This document shows, piece by piece, positions 47,768 through 60,779 of a stretch of 64,000 nucleotides of DNA. How positions within the stretch are numbered: position 1 is the first letter of the stretch; each line of letters opens with the position of its first letter. Position numbers and translations under genes: made by a program. The DNA is from Microbotryum violaceum (Eukaryota), in NCBI GenBank assembly GCA_001244265.2, contig CDLV01000004.1, positions 1,860,001 to 1,924,000 on the forward strand. Direction: 5' to 3'. The notes under the pieces are model-generated. The model was given only the letters and a program-made list of their open reading frames with translations, ran no database searches and had not been told where the DNA came from.

Positions 47768-49558
47768 ATGTCTGCCTCTGCGACCGACCACCCTCTCGCC
47801 AACGAGACCACAAGGGTAGACGACCACAGCAACCAGCACTTTGACCTCGAGAAGGGTAACGTCGGCGTAGGAGGTGCAGCACTCGGTCGTCAATTCTCGG
47901 TAAGTCGCGATTGCTCCATTCTTTCCAACTTCAGGGCCCCCTTCCATGTGGGGCAACTCGGCCCCGAGCGCTTCCCCACATCGTCCCGGAGGGGCGTCAC
48001 CGTTGCCTGCACGCGCCCCGCCTTCAGACACGGCTTGCAAAAATGACAAAGCCGGCGTTTCAGAGTAGTGACAGCTAGCTTACTGGTGCTTTTCTAACGT
48101 CCTATGCACGTTGTCCTGCCTCTCGACGCCATTCCGCATGACCCCGCCCCCCCCCCTCGATGTCACCTGGCTGCGCACGTCGCCTCGCCCATCGACACAC
48201 ATACCCCTGCCCGCTCATCATAGGTTCAACTCACCGCCGAGCAATTTGAGAGGCTTTACCTTCAACCCGGAGGTGTCGCCGCCAAGGGAGACCTTGCCAA
48301 GTACGTCACGAGCGATGTGGGAAAGAGCCACTTTTGCCTCAAAAAGTCTGGCAGCTGACCTGGGCTCTCTCATCCCTTAGACGCTTCGAACCCCACTCCT
48401 CTTGGTGTCGCGTCGTTCCTCTTGTGCCTGACTCCTTTTGCCACTGAGTTGATGGGATGGAGCGGCTTGACCACCGACAATGCAGTCGTTGCTGGTACGT
48501 ACGATCGCGCCGCGCTCCTCCTGGCGAAAATGCCCTGAGCCTGACCGGTTTCTTTGCACCATCTGCCTTAACAGTCGGCGCCTTCTACTATGTCGGTACG
48601 TGAACGCGGTCGTTTCTTTCTACTGCTCAGTAATTTTTGTTTATCCAGCGTTTGGACTCCATAGGTGGTGTGGGCCTCTACCTTTCCGGCCTTCTCGAAT
48701 GGATCATCGGAAAGTAAGTCAGCGCCAGCGCACGCGCGCCTTGTCGAAAATGGTCCACTGACCTTTTGCTGCTCCCGCAAACAGCACCTTCCCCGCCACG
48801 GTGTTCATGACCTTTGGTAGATACTGGCTCGCGTTCGATTTCCTCTTCCAGGTAAGTCGCCGCACCTCCTACCATCGAGGCCGCATGGAGTTTGAACTGA
48901 TCTGGGCATCTGGCTGGCGTCTCCTGTTGCTTAGCCCTCGCAAGGCATTGCTGCTGCTCTCGGAGGCTCGACCACGGCCGTCTACAACAAAGGCACAGCG
49001 TTGTATCTGGTTTGGTGGGGAGTTTGGTTTTGAGTGAGCTCAAATGACATCCGTACGCTCCGCGTATACCCAATTCTGACGAGGACTACTTCTGTACGCA
49101 GTCTACTTGATCGCCAGTCTGCGCACCAACGTCGTCTTTGCTCTCCTGTTTACGTTCCTCGACATTACGTTCTGGATCTTGGTGGCTGTCTGGGAGTTTT
49201 TGGTTTTCAAGGATATGAAAATACTCGCAGAGACCTTGTGTGGGCATCAGTACTCACCAACTTGCTTCACGCGGGATGTGCAGATGTCCAACTCGGCTAC
49301 GGCCATGTGACCCACGTGCCGATGGAGCTCAAGGCGGCGGGAGCCTTTGCATTCCTAACAAGTGCATGCGGGTCAGTAACTGAACCATACATTCGTCAGT
49401 ATTCCTCTCGCTATAAGCTGACCATTCAAACCCCTTTGTTTGTGTGCGAACAGATGGTACCTCCTCGTGGTCCTGATCTTCGGCTCCACTGGTATCCCAT
49501 CGCCTTGCCCGTCGGAGATCTCTCGAACTTCATGTCCGGTCGCCGCAAGGCGGAGTAG
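47768..49558 (+). pseudogene. GPR1/FUN34/YaaH (ADY2/ATO-family) acetate transporter, multi-exon, apparently disrupted
   Basis: QFERLYLQP, NPTPLG, EWIIGNTF, ASLRTNVVF, KAAGAFAF, LPVGDLS. Frame breaks at ~48388, ~49025 and ~49497; donor at 49192 reads GGGAG. Confidence 0.85.
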
Positions 49559-50492
49559 ACTTGGATCTTCTACTCGACTGTCTCAGTCCCGTGCTGTTCG
49601 ATGTGAAGTGTTAATTGCCACGTATCTTTGGATCGCTGGCCCGGGTGTCATTGGCTGTCTTGTCTCTTTTTCTCTCGCTTACGTTCTTGAAACAAAGTTT
49701 CTGTGCCTTCGTGTATCTCTGATTTTTTAAGGATGTTGTACACGTCTTCAACGCTAACATTGGACTGCACGCGGGAGCTTAGCGAGAGAATTCTTCGTCG
49801 AAGAATCGGAAGGGTTGCGCCCCGAGCCCCCATAATTTGGACCTGATGCCACTGCACGCTTTTGTCCCCATCCCATGTTGTGCATTCAACAAGGCCGTCT
49901 GAAGGTGAATAGTCAAGAGCTCATTGCACGAGGTTAGGGACTGCCTCAGCTTGTAGGGTACAAGAGAAAAGCCTAAGTGCGTCATTCTCGGAACATGCTT
50001 CTGCGGCGTCCATCTCTCCGAGGGGCACAAGCGCGATACGTGTGGAAAGCCTAGGGATTGCACCTCAAAACACAACAAATCACGACTAGGCCAAACGTGA
50101 AGAGGCAGCGCGAATCGGAGGATGGAAAAAATGGGGTTGGGCGGAGCAATGAGACGGTATCGTTGTGTTAAAGTTGGGAGCGGGCGGTCAGAAGGAATGA
50201 GACGCCTTTCAACGGCAGGAAACAGAATCGGCCGGGGAGATCGAAGAGGTAGCGGGGGTTAGGGGACGTGGTTTATAACACAAACATGGAACAGTGTCGA
50301 AGCGATGAAAAACAAGGGTGGGTAGTAGGTCCAGGAAATGCATACCGTCCGAGAAGAGAGGTGGGTGCTAGGGGCAGAGCCCAAAGGGTTGTCACTGCTA
50401 GTCCAGACGACAGAAGATCCGAGATGGGGACGAGACGAAAAAAAGATCCGAAGTATGACGTTGACGAGAGGAGCTATTCGAGTCAGACGCGC

Positions 50493-51100
50493 TTAAGCGC
50501 GGGCGTCGTAGGACGCCTTCTCGCGCTCGTAGCGGTTCTTGTCTACCTCCGCCTTCTGGATGTAAGACTGCATTGAGAGACGTCGATGGAAGTTGATGTC
50601 AGCAAGCAATCCACGACGCGATCGAGTTGGACGGGCATGCGGACCTTCTTTTGTTCGTCCGACATGTCCTTCCACTTGGCACCGAGGAGTTTGCCAAGAT
50701 CACCTAGAAGCATGATGAGTCCAAAGGTGTTAGCACAAGGCTCATATGTGATAGCAATTGTCTAAAGAAGTGGGTCCGTAGGGAAACTTGACTGACCAAA
50801 AGAGGCGTCCGGGTTGTCATCCTTGACTGTGTTGCGGTTCTCTTGTGAGAAGTACATGTAGGCGGAGAGAGGGCGTTTGGGGGCGTTGGGGTCCTTCTTG
50901 GCCTTGCCGGACTTGGTGTCGACCTGTGGGTAACGGTGCAGATTGGGCGAAAGAGGGCGACGCGTGGCGAAACAGGCGTCAGCCTGCGCGTTCAAAACAC
51001 GAGCTAAAGGATGCAAAGGGTGCCAGCGACCAAGGGGCCACAGAGCGGGGACAATTCGGAAACCTACCTTGGTGGCGCGGGACTTGACTTCCTTAGGCAT
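50493..51100 (-). CDS. NHP6: HMG-box non-histone chromosomal protein, 4 coding exons
   Basis: [97 protein letters not shown] with GT-AG introns. Confidence 0.95.
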
Positions 51101-52218
51101 CTGTGTGAGTGGGATGGGGCAACAGGTGATGGGAGGGAGGGAGAAAGGAAAGGGCACGTGATTGTCAAAACGGGGTAAGCTCGTGTCGGCGCGACAAAAC
51201 AGTGGATCGGCAACGACCGCGCCTGACGACTCGCGCGGGCACAGGCGAGAGCGACGCGCGCGCGTGCGCGTGCACCGGGCGGCGGCGCGCTCTGGGCCTA
51301 AGTCGGTCGATCCGAGCGAGACAGAAAGGGGGAGCACACGAGGCCCAAGTTGAGGTACAAGGACGACAACACTCGAAAGAGTTCGTATAATGACGAGTAA
51401 TTCACACGGCCATACGCGAAAGCGTCCCGTCGTGCCGTGGGTTAGTGTCAAGTGGGGGGTTCAGGTCTGTTTGACCTTGGCCCAGGAGGATGGGGTGGGT
51501 GTGGGTCCGGCGCAGCAGGGCGAGCAGACAAACACGACCATTTGCGGGACTGGGGGGGTTGGGAGTGTGACGACGTCCAAAAACGTGTCAAAACACCATG
51601 GCAAACGAGGCTACTTACGATGAGTGTGTGTTGGAATGGGCTCTGAAGATTCGGATCTCGGCGGTCAGTCAGACTGCCTCGGCTGGAGCAAGCAAGCAAG
51701 CGTGTGGTGGGTGTGCTTCACTCACAGAGGTGACAAGGCGGAGCGGGGGGCGTATGAGGGCGGGAGGCAGAGCGTGGCGCAGGGCGGGCGCAGGCTGGTG
51801 ACTCGCGCACTGCGCTCGAGAGGCGGCGGGCGCTGCGTGGGCAGGTGCAAGCTCAGGCCATGGGCCGTTTCGAGCTGTTTCGAGCTGCGCGGGCGTGGGC
51901 GCCAAACAGTACCGCCCGCCGCCCGGCCTAAGTCGAGTCGTCCCACTGGCGTCAGCACTTGAATCCGCCCCCGTGAGCTCGGACCATCTCATTACCAGTT
52001 GCGAGTCCTTACGACATTGGACATCGGACATGTATGTGCAGACTACGGTGTACAGTGACTTTGCTGTAGTCGATCCCGAGCTTCCGGCTTTGAACATGAG
52101 GTTCGGAAAACTCGGCCGTTGCTGAACCGGGGACAGGAGGTTTAGCCCCGTTCTGTTCTGTTCATCCGCACGTGTCGGCCGCTTGCCTTGCATGAGAAAA
52201 AGTGAAAACGGAAATCAT

Positions 52219-54139
52219 TCATTCTTCAGTGACACATTCGATTCTCCTCCACTTGCGATGTCCATCCTGATCGTCATGATCCCAATCTTGATCGACGGAG
52301 TGCAACAGCTGGAAGCACTTTTCGCACATCAACGCCGGCGATCGCCCTGCGAGCTCGTCGTCGATCGTGATCACGGTCGCCGTATCAATATCACAGATGT
52401 AACACCTGGACATGGATTTGTTGCGCGACAAGAAGGAGGTGATTGGATAGACCGAGGCCGTTGGTGAGGGGTCCAAAGTGTGGACTAGTCTGAGAACGAG
52501 TGGGCAGGATGCGGACCTGCTTCAGCATCGGTTTCAAACGGAGAACTCAGGTTACCAACTTACCTTATCTCGTCAATTGTCCAAGTGTGTTCTGCGCTGC
52601 CATCGTGGAGGTAGTAGTACGGCTCCCCAACTCTGAGCTTGAGGGAGCCGAGGATGATGTCATCTATGCGACCGCCGATGGACCAAGTCGGAATCGATGG
52701 CTGTGTTGCTCCATTGGCGGACTTTTGAGTTGACCAGTCAATCTCGGATATAGCTTGCTTGATCAAGCTGCACGTCGAGGTCCCCGGATCAGCCGTCCTG
52801 AAACGACCACGAGAGCAAACACTGGCAGATGCTCACCTCGCATAGTCCTCGACTTCTCCACTTTGGTCAGCATAAAGTACACCCTCAATCCCAAATACGC
52901 TCCCGGTTTTCCTTCTCTTATTTCCCCACTTGATGAGCCTTGCTGCTTCCGTCGGCTCCAACGTCAGAGCCAGATCAAGTTCCCTCACAGTGCGCGGTTT
53001 GCGTTGTTTCCTGCTCTTGACGGCGGCGCCTCGCTCCTCCTCGTCCGAGTTTTCCTCCCCTTGCTCCCCTTCTTCATGATCCTCGTGTTGGTCCCATCCC
53101 ATCGGTGAGGAAGTCGCATCTTCGTCATCGGACATCTCGACGCCTGGCACTGCGTTGCCACTGCGGATGGTATTGGTCTTGAGTTTGGCCAAAGTGGTCG
53201 TCCCGAGCACCCGAAGGGTTTGAGCGCGAGTGATCCCTTTCGCTGAAGACGGTTGTAATGTGGGAGCAATCGGCTGAAAAGTGATGGTGTACATCAACGA
53301 TGAGAGCAGTGGAGTCGCTGTCGAGCTGGAGCAGGTCGCATTGGTGCCTTGACTACTGGATTGAGGCATCGACTGGCGAGGAACACTCTTCCCGGGCCGA
53401 AGATTGGTCAACGTCTGTAGGTCCGCGTGTCCTGGTGCTCGCAAAAAGACGGGGTGAACGGTCGGCTTGGCGATTCGTAGTGTGTTGTCATCATGTTCTC
53501 TGAGCCACTTGGACCACCTCGGATCGGCCGTTGGGTTTGTTGAAGCGACATCATCAGCAATGGTGTTCACAGTCGTATCATCGGTGGATGAAGCGTTCCC
53601 GCGAGATCTGGCTGAGGTTGCGCCTGTGGATGAAAAGCTCTGGGACGTCTCGATGGCATTGCCGATTGCGACATGGGATCGTTTGATCCGATCGAGTTTG
53701 TCTCGCAGCGACGACTTTGACTTGAGGTTGAGGTGTCGAAGATCCGCGTCGTTGTGCGGGTCCAGCCACGTTGTCTCGAGAAAGGTACGGAGACATGTTC
53801 TCATGTAATCGTCGGAGTACATGGCCGAGGTATGGGCTTTCAGGTCTTGCACGCTGCCTGCAACATACAGGCCGTGGCATAGGAGGCCAGCGGATCAGTC
53901 ACGTGTGCGAGTCAGCGTGCAGGTGGGCTGTACACACATCGTTTACGAAGTTGTTCTTGCGCATCGGATTCAACATCAATGTCACCACCGACGGTTGAAC
54001 TTGTCCTTTTCTCGATGTAACTCCTCGCTTCTGCTTGTCGCAGCCGAGCGGTCTGCATCGATTGAGCCGCTTGTCGAGTGAAAGAGGACAGGTCGATCGT
54101 GGCCTCGGTCGGAGGGCCTAGTAGATCGAATGACGGCAT
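52219..54139 (-). CDS. SNAPC3: snRNA-activating protein complex subunit 3 (SNAP50) homolog, ~4 exons
   Basis: FGIEGVLYAD, LKLRVGEPYYYLHDGSAEH..TIDEIR, C-terminal CYICD...DELAGRSPALMCEKCFQLLH. Exons splice in frame. Confidence 0.85.
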
Positions 54140-54548
54140 TCTCGTGCGATCGTCCGGCCCGTCTGTCCGACGCCTTCACACAACAGTCCAGGCCGACGCA
54201 GGTCAGAATGGGTCAAGCGCCGCGATGAGGACTGACAAGAGACACCAGGAGGTCCGAGCGCCGCAAAGGCTGGTTACGACTACCCGGCCAGAGTTTGAGG
54301 CCTGTGCTTAATAGGCTGTGCTGCGCCAGGACCCGGGAAAGCTCAGCCCAATGTGCGTCTCGAAAAACGGCGATTCTTGGCCGATTTGTACATCGGGATA
54401 AGGTGTCTGAGGGGTCGATTTGTTCTTATTTTTGGTCGTACATTGGAAGAGTTCCGAAAACATGAAGATTCAATGCCTTGGAAATTGCCCCAAAATCGCT
54501 CTCCAACAGCCAGAAATACGAAAAATCGCTCCGACGACCCGGTACTAG

Positions 54549-55583
54549 CTAACGTCGCGTCCGCTTTGACAGCCGGCCGCTTGGACCCTGCGAAGGTCCC
54601 GACGGCTTATCGGCTTCGCTCCCTCCGTCTGCATTAATACCCCTCTCCTCGCCAGCATGCGCAAGTCCCTTCCGAATCGGGGCCAACGACGCTGCAAGAA
54701 CCCCTTTCAAGCTTTGCAGCTGGTAATATTGCGCTTGCGCCTGTGGGTGCAGGACTCGCCAAGTGTGGCCGTCGAAGCCAAAACCAGCTGGGGGCTCAAC
54801 GGTCTGCATGCTCGAGTTGTAGCTGTCAAGGCAGCTGACGACCCGCGGACCATTCAAGAAGAAGAGTTGAGCTTGGCCGCGGCTGTTGCGATTGGTGAAG
54901 ACTCCGGAACTAGCTTGCGTAGGAAAGAGCTCCTGAATCACGATGTTGGAAACGACTGAGTCCGAGGGATTCGGCGCTCTCAACACTGCAGTGAGGCCTT
55001 GCAAGTTGCTGGTGACGGCTTTGTGTAGATATAGCGCACTGTGGTGCATACGGACGCCGACGTGATGAGCAACTTTTCTCAATTGCAGTGAAGGGGTTCG
55101 AAATGCAACAAGCAAGGCGCTTGCCAGCTCGATGTACGCGGTGTCGCGTTTGTCATTGACCTCAACATTGCTTAGCCAATCAATGTTATCCGAGATGGTT
55201 GACTTCAGCTGCTCGACAGAGTCCAGATGTTGCCAGAATGCTTCGGAACCGATTGGCATGTGTTCCACTATCGACGTGCAAGGGGATCGAACCTCAATGG
55301 ATCGATAGCCGGAGGCGTACAATTCTCGAAGATCGTGAGTTTTGTTGAATACTGCGCGGGTGGTGCTATCGGGGCGAATCTGATGCTGATGAAATGTTGG
55401 CTCGAATTCGGATACAGTGAGCGTTACGGTCAGGTCAAGCCGGGTAAATTTGAACGCGAGAAGCTCGCCGACAGTGAGCTCGGCAACAGGAGACATAGCG
55501 GCGAATTGCTCACATGGAATCTCGAGCACGTCATCTAAGAGCAGTTGAATTCGTGCATCTGGAGGGGCTGTTGTAGTTAACAT
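54549..55583 (-). CDS. Hypothetical protein, possibly a truncated transposon-borne Ulp1-like protease region
   Basis: 344-aa intronless ORF between TE-like flanks. GYRSIE...HMPIGSEAFW and VSCLDSY loosely recall fungal TE Ulp1 proteins. Catalytic triad not visible. Confidence 0.3.
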   Translation of the reverse strand: MLTTTAPPDARIQLLLDDVLEIPCEQFAAMSPVAELTVGELLAFKFTRLDLTVTLTVSEFEPTFHQHQIRPDSTTRAVFNKTHDLRELYASGYRSIEVRSPCTSIVEHMPIGSEAFWQHLDSVEQLKSTISDNIDWLSNVEVNDKRDTAYIELASALLVAFRTPSLQLRKVAHHVGVRMHHSALYLHKAVTSNLQGLTAVLRAPNPSDSVVSNIVIQELFPTQASSGVFTNRNSRGQAQLFFLNGPRVVSCLDSYNSSMQTVEPPAGFGFDGHTWRVLHPQAQAQYYQLQSLKGVLAASLAPIRKGLAHAGEERGINADGGSEADKPSGPSQGPSGRLSKRTRR

Positions 55584-55675
55584 GCTGTCCTCTTAACCCT
55601 CAGCAAGGGCACGCAGGGAAGTGCGCAGAACGTAGGATGCTCGCGACGTGGCACAAGGTGAGGGTGGTCAGTTTC

Positions 55676-55850
55676 TTATTTATTTGATAGACTTCATTAA
55701 CAGCATAATTATATTGATACCTAGAAATCTTCGGAAAAGTCGGAGGGAATGCTGTTACGCACACTGGCAGAAGCCAGTAGTGTAGGACTCATTGACCGTG
55801 AACCAGGATCAACCATACCCACTAAAACCCCCTTTGGTGTCTTACAGAGA
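55676..55850 (-). mobile_element. 5'-truncated LINE 3' end (175 bp)
   Basis: Direct repeat of 60832-61006, with a (TAAA)n tail on the - strand. Confidence 0.75.
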
Positions 55851-56055
55851 GGCTGTCAGGGGCGTCTATTGGCATTTGTTTCACTTCTAGCGCCCTTTGA
55901 TTTGGTGAGCGTCTGTACGTCTGTGAGCTCTGGGAGCGTGAAGCGCATTTTTTTTGCATTATTACAATCGGCTCGCGCGTCCAATTTCGTTCAGAAACTC
56001 ATTCAAACTAATGGACCCCCAGTTGGCCCGCGGCGCGCGCCTACTGATCCCAGAC

Positions 56056-56180
56056 TAGGGCTGGGTCACTAATTGTTTTGGCCCTGTCACTAATAGGTGA
56101 CAAAAGTCGGACCCTCGGTCACTTATTATTGTCACTGTCACTTATTTCACCAGATTTTCGCCTGTCACTAATGTCACTAA
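56056..56180 (+). repeat. hAT-like terminus with subterminal GTCACT array
   Basis: TAGGGCTGGG start followed by ~7 GTCACT motifs. No matching opposite end found. Confidence 0.4.
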
Positions 56181-56572
56181 GTCCAATATTTGCCGCCGCT
56201 GATACGTTCTCGGCCATCGGCCGAGCAGGGGACAACCAGGGAGGTGCGAGGTCGAGGTACATCGATTTGTACCACATCCAGGACGTACCTCCAAGATCTG
56301 GAGTGCCAATTTTTCCGGTTTGTACCACTTTTGAGTCGTACTTTGGGGTTCGGAGGGTCCGATTTGTACATTTTCGGGTACGCACGGCGCGACCATTGAA
56401 GACCTTAAGGCTAATTTTCGCTCGGATACTCTCGTATGACTCAGTAAACGGCACCGGGACCCAGGTGGCGAGTATGGCTAATCTTTCGCAGATTATTATC
56501 ATTATGTTCGAGAGTCAATTTGGCAAAAGAACTGCACGCCCAGATTGGCCTGGGGGTGGAGGAATCAGAAGG

Positions 56573-57105
56573 TGTCACAAACGGGATCTTGCGACTTGTG
56601 CCCTTGGCTCACGTGATCTCACTCGGACCACGTGACCTCGGCTCGCTTCGAGTACGGGTCCTCGCTTCAGTATCGCACGTGATCATGTCTTGATCACATG
56701 ATCTCGCTTCGTTTACATCATCAGCTCATTTGGCCACATGGTCTCGCTTCGGGTACATCTATTGTACACGTGTTCTCGCCTGGTCCACGTAGTTTTGCCT
56801 GGTCCACGTGATCTGGCTCGGTCACATGACTCCGTTTGGCTCTTATCATCTCGCTTGATGCATATGACTTCGTTTCATGGGCACGTGTTCCTTTGCATTC
56901 TATCCTGTGCACAAAAAGTGTCCAGTGTGATAGCTTGTTTCTCTTTCTCTTTTCTGCAACTCGAATCTCGCAAAAGGTCACATCCTTGCTCTCGGCCCTC
57001 GTCCTCGCCTCTCTCGGGAAGTCCTTGGAACATCTCTCGACTCGTACCTCGCCTCGAGCCCCTACGTCCGGCTCACCTCTCCTATCTCTTTGCCCCTTCG
57101 TGATA
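56573..57105. repeat. Degenerate solo LTR (533 bp) with CACGTG array
   Basis: TGTCACAAACGGG...CCCCTTCGTGATA imperfect inverted termini. Flanks GAAGG/GAAAG (4/5 TSD match). Confidence 0.65.
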
Positions 57106-57177
57106 GAAAGACGCCATGGCGCGCTAGAGCACAGCGGCGAGGCTTAGAGGTCAAGCCTAAAAGTGGTTGGCGAATAG

Positions 57178-58892
57178 TTATGCCTCGTCGGGGCCCTTGA
57201 ACTTGTACGACGCTTCATGCTGCGGCTCGTGCTTGGTCATGGCCACCAGCTTATGGTCTGTGGCAAATAGTGAACGTCGTTCGAAGAACCGTCAGTGAAT
57301 ACGGCCAGTCGCAAACAAGACTGCCACGCGACTGACAATCGGGATCATCCTCGACGACGTAAAACAGACGTGTCTCGAAAGGTTTGCCAGCTGCGGCCTC
57401 GTCCTTGCGCTTTTGCCTCTCCGAGTTCTATGAGCGTAAGAGCTGAACGAGTAAGCACAGAAGTCGGTCACGCCGCGACGGAGTAGCCTCGCTCGGACTC
57501 ACTTCGATGCGACTCTTGGCAGCGGATGCCGTGTCAAAGTCGCCTATAACATCAGATCTCAAGGATCGGTTAACGGACTGGGCTAGAAAGAGGACGCACG
57601 CTGTGAGCAGACACGTCACCAGTCGACGCACCTTTCCGAATCCCATCGGCGACCTCCTTCCACGCTCGGCGACTCTCGTACTCGCTCTGCTCGCTAATGG
57701 GCTTAACCTCGATGGGTGACCTATCGGGTGCCGTGTCGAGGAAGAGTTCGCCGATTCGCGACTTGGAACCTTTGATGAAGTGACTCTCGCCGGTCCACAG
57801 ACCATCGATGACGTACACCGTGTGACCCGCGTTGGTCATGGTCGCAGTGAATGCGTGCGCCTTGCCCGAGACCCATCCCTTGCCTCGGAATTCGAGCGAG
57901 GTCTGGTACCCGGTCGAAGACTGGATGAGCGACGAATCATACAGCTCGACGTAGGGCGAACCGAGAAGAATGCCTTCGATCTTGAGCTTGGGCAAGGTGA
58001 TGAGGTACTGCTCGACATTGCCGTCGGCGAGTTTGATGCGCACGATACCATGGCCGACTTGCCTTACGCTGATGGCGCGGCCGGAGAAGGACGTCTTTTG
58101 GGCGCAGTTGCCCTCGAAGCTGAGGCCCTTGCTCTCGTTCTCGAGGTAGTACGCCGTCACGGGCGGGTGGTGCGAGACCTGTTCGGCCCACAACTTAAGC
58201 TCTCCACCGTTCCATTGGCCGATGAATTGTTCGCCTGTACAAGAAATCGCCGGTCTTGACGTCAGTCGGGGAGAGCGCCAGAAGGCAGATTAGCAGACCC
58301 ACCCAGGAAAGGGTTGAGCGGCTTCTTCTCGGTACCGGTCTCCTTCTCACGCCTGGTGAATTGGCCGGGGCAGGTCGAGAGGAACCAAGCCGTGACGGCG
58401 AGATGGCGAGCCTCGGGCGTCTTGGCTTCGGCGATGGCGGCAAACTGTTGGGTCGGTTCACCCCAGTAGCTGTGTGTGACATGCATAAATGTGTCAGGCC
58501 AGCTGCAATCTAGTCGGAGCGAGGGGGAACCTGAGAGCCCATCGATAGTCGCCAGAAGCGAGGCGGAAACTTGCAAGGCCCGACGTGGGGAGTTGGCTGA
58601 GCACCACTTGGGGAACTTACGAAGGGAACTCGCACAACGACGTCGGCGAGAGGATAAACGGAGGAGCAGTCATGGAAGACAAATCGCCCGTCGCTATCGG
58701 GAAAAGGAGGTAGAGTAAGTGTGTGTCCGACCAAGTCAGCCAGAGCAACGACGGCGAGGCCATCGCCTTGCCGAGCGACTCGGGATCGCGCCTATCGCGA
58801 TACCGGGAGCTGGACTGACCACTGGCGATGGACTTGAGGAAGGAGCTCCATGAAGACTTCTGGGCCGCGGGCAATGCTTCACCTTCGGACAC
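57178..58892 (-). CDS. KES1: Oxysterol-binding protein, KES1/OSH4-like, multi-exon (start codon not resolved)
   Basis: [41 protein letters not shown], signature [20 protein letters not shown]. Final exon ends ...KGPDEA* at 57178. Confidence 0.92.
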
Positions 58893-59355
58893 TGCGATGA
58901 TGCGGAGCGCAGCGGAGGCCAGGCGACCGAGTGGTGCCGTGGTGCGACAGGGCGACCGATCGGACACGACGATGAACGATGACGCGATGACGGCGGACGA
59001 ATGGGAACGGGAACGGGAACGACAGTGGCGACGGCGGGGAGGTGGCGCACATGCAATACAAAGGAGGTCAGAACTCAACGTCAGCAAGAGTTGAGGTCGT
59101 AACCTGTGCCACAACACCGACAGACTGACTGATGGTGCAAAAGATGTGTGTAATGGGGCGTAAGAACCGTAAACAGTCCTTGTCGCGGGTCTGAGAGTCG
59201 GGCCAGCCCAGGCCCGGTAGGCATCGCTTTATTTCTTGTTGCTTTAGTTTCATTTTTTTATTATATATTTTTTTTCTAAAAAACTAAAGGAAAATGAATC
59301 AAGAAATAAAGAATATATAAGTAAGAACAAATAATCCTATCTCTGTTATTTTCTA

Positions 59356-60159
59356 CCAGTGGGAACCCGTTAAATTAACGGAGGATGAAATTCAAAAAAT
59401 AGCAGGATAATCGAACAGTCTACATGATATCAGCGCAGAGGTTAAGAAAACATAATACGAAATACAGCAAAGAAACAAAATCCATTCATCTTACATTCAT
59501 TGCCGAAACAGCCTGCATGTCGCTTGTTGCCGGACTTGGCTTCAAACACTCGTGCAATGAGATCCGGACGGTTGCATGCTTTATCGGCCCCAGTGCAGCC
59601 TTGATTTCCGGTGAGTCGGGGTCGTACGTCATCGTGATGAGCAGCGGAGGCTTTCCATGTTTGACAACGCACGCCATCGCATCCTGGTGTCTGGTCGACT
59701 TGGACCTTTCGCACTCCCAGTGCCGAGCCTTGCAGTGGGTGCACACGGCCGTCTGGGGGCCGAGGTCGTCGCGGATCGAAACGTGGGCTTGAGGGGTTTG
59801 AGCGCGATTCGAGCCCGGCGCACTCGCCTTTGCGGAGGTGGTGGTGGGGCGAGCCCAGCGTCGAGTTGGCCATCGCGCTGACGACGCTGTCCGTTCTGCA
59901 CAGCTGCACGCAATGCCAAGATCGGTTGCATTGTTGTCATGACGCGCCGGGGGCTGATTATGTTGATCGGTGCGGGACGAAGAAGAGGGTTGAGCCGCGG
60001 GGCGCCCAGCAGCGGGCGCTCGAGCAGGCCCATGGTAGCCCATGGTACGGCGCTACCCTCGCACCCAAGACTTGGCGAGGTTGCGATGGCCCTCCCGAGT
60101 CCCTGGCGACCTTGGGGCCGGGACATAGCAGCGAGGGTTTGTTCTTGAATGAGTGTCAC
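59356..60159 (-). mobile_element. Internally deleted Helitron
   Basis: CTHCKARHWECER fused to Rep QDAMACVVKHGKP..ITMTYDP..PEIK and RPDLIARVFEAK. 3' end on -: palindrome CCGTTAATTTAACGG (59367-59381), then CTGG|T at 59356. Confidence 0.8.
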
Positions 60160-60680
60160 TAAAATTGGATGAGAGCGAGAGTGAGAAAGGAAAGGTTCGA
60201 GGGAGTGGCGCAGGATTATTTACGTGGTTTGATTTGTTGTTCAGCCCCTAATACCGCTGGTCGACTGCCGGAATGACACTCCACCGCCGGCGCACCGCAT
60301 CACGTGACAAACGCCAGCCCTCGCCTCGCACGTCAGGCAGAGCTCTGCTGTAGAAGCAATATCATGCAAAGCCACGCGCTTGCGGTTCATTAAATGCAAT
60401 ATGAGTGGAAGCATTGTTTTATGTCAGCGAAAAAAAGAAGGAAAATACTGGGAGCGCTGTAGCTTCGTTGGAACGGCGCGGAAAATACAAAAGTCACCAC
60501 AGGGCTTGTACATGACTTCTGATCGGAACATGAACACCACAGGCAGGTGCGGCAGACACAACAGTATGCTGGTAGACCCACCACAGGCAGCCCTCCAGGC
60601 CGCAACCTAGTTAAAAACAGCGATTTTAGGTACATTCCTTAACTCACACTTTTTTTACTAGTTAGGGTAAACTTAGGGTA

Positions 60681-60779
60681 ACTATATAATAAAATAGGCC
60701 GTCGAGACAAAGAACGTTCTAGAACGAGACAAACCACGTGGCGTGACGTCATGGCGCGCGAAGCGCGCCACCGCACTAG
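60681..60779 (+). mobile_element. Candidate 99-bp mini-Helitron
   Basis: A|ACTATATAATAAAA start, hairpin TGGCGCGC-GAA-GCGCGCCA (60752-60770), then CTAG|T. Confidence 0.55.

Noticed and set aside
60661-60681. Two TTAGGG hexamers (telomere-like)
   Set aside because: Only two copies, spaced 11 bp apart, not a tandem array.
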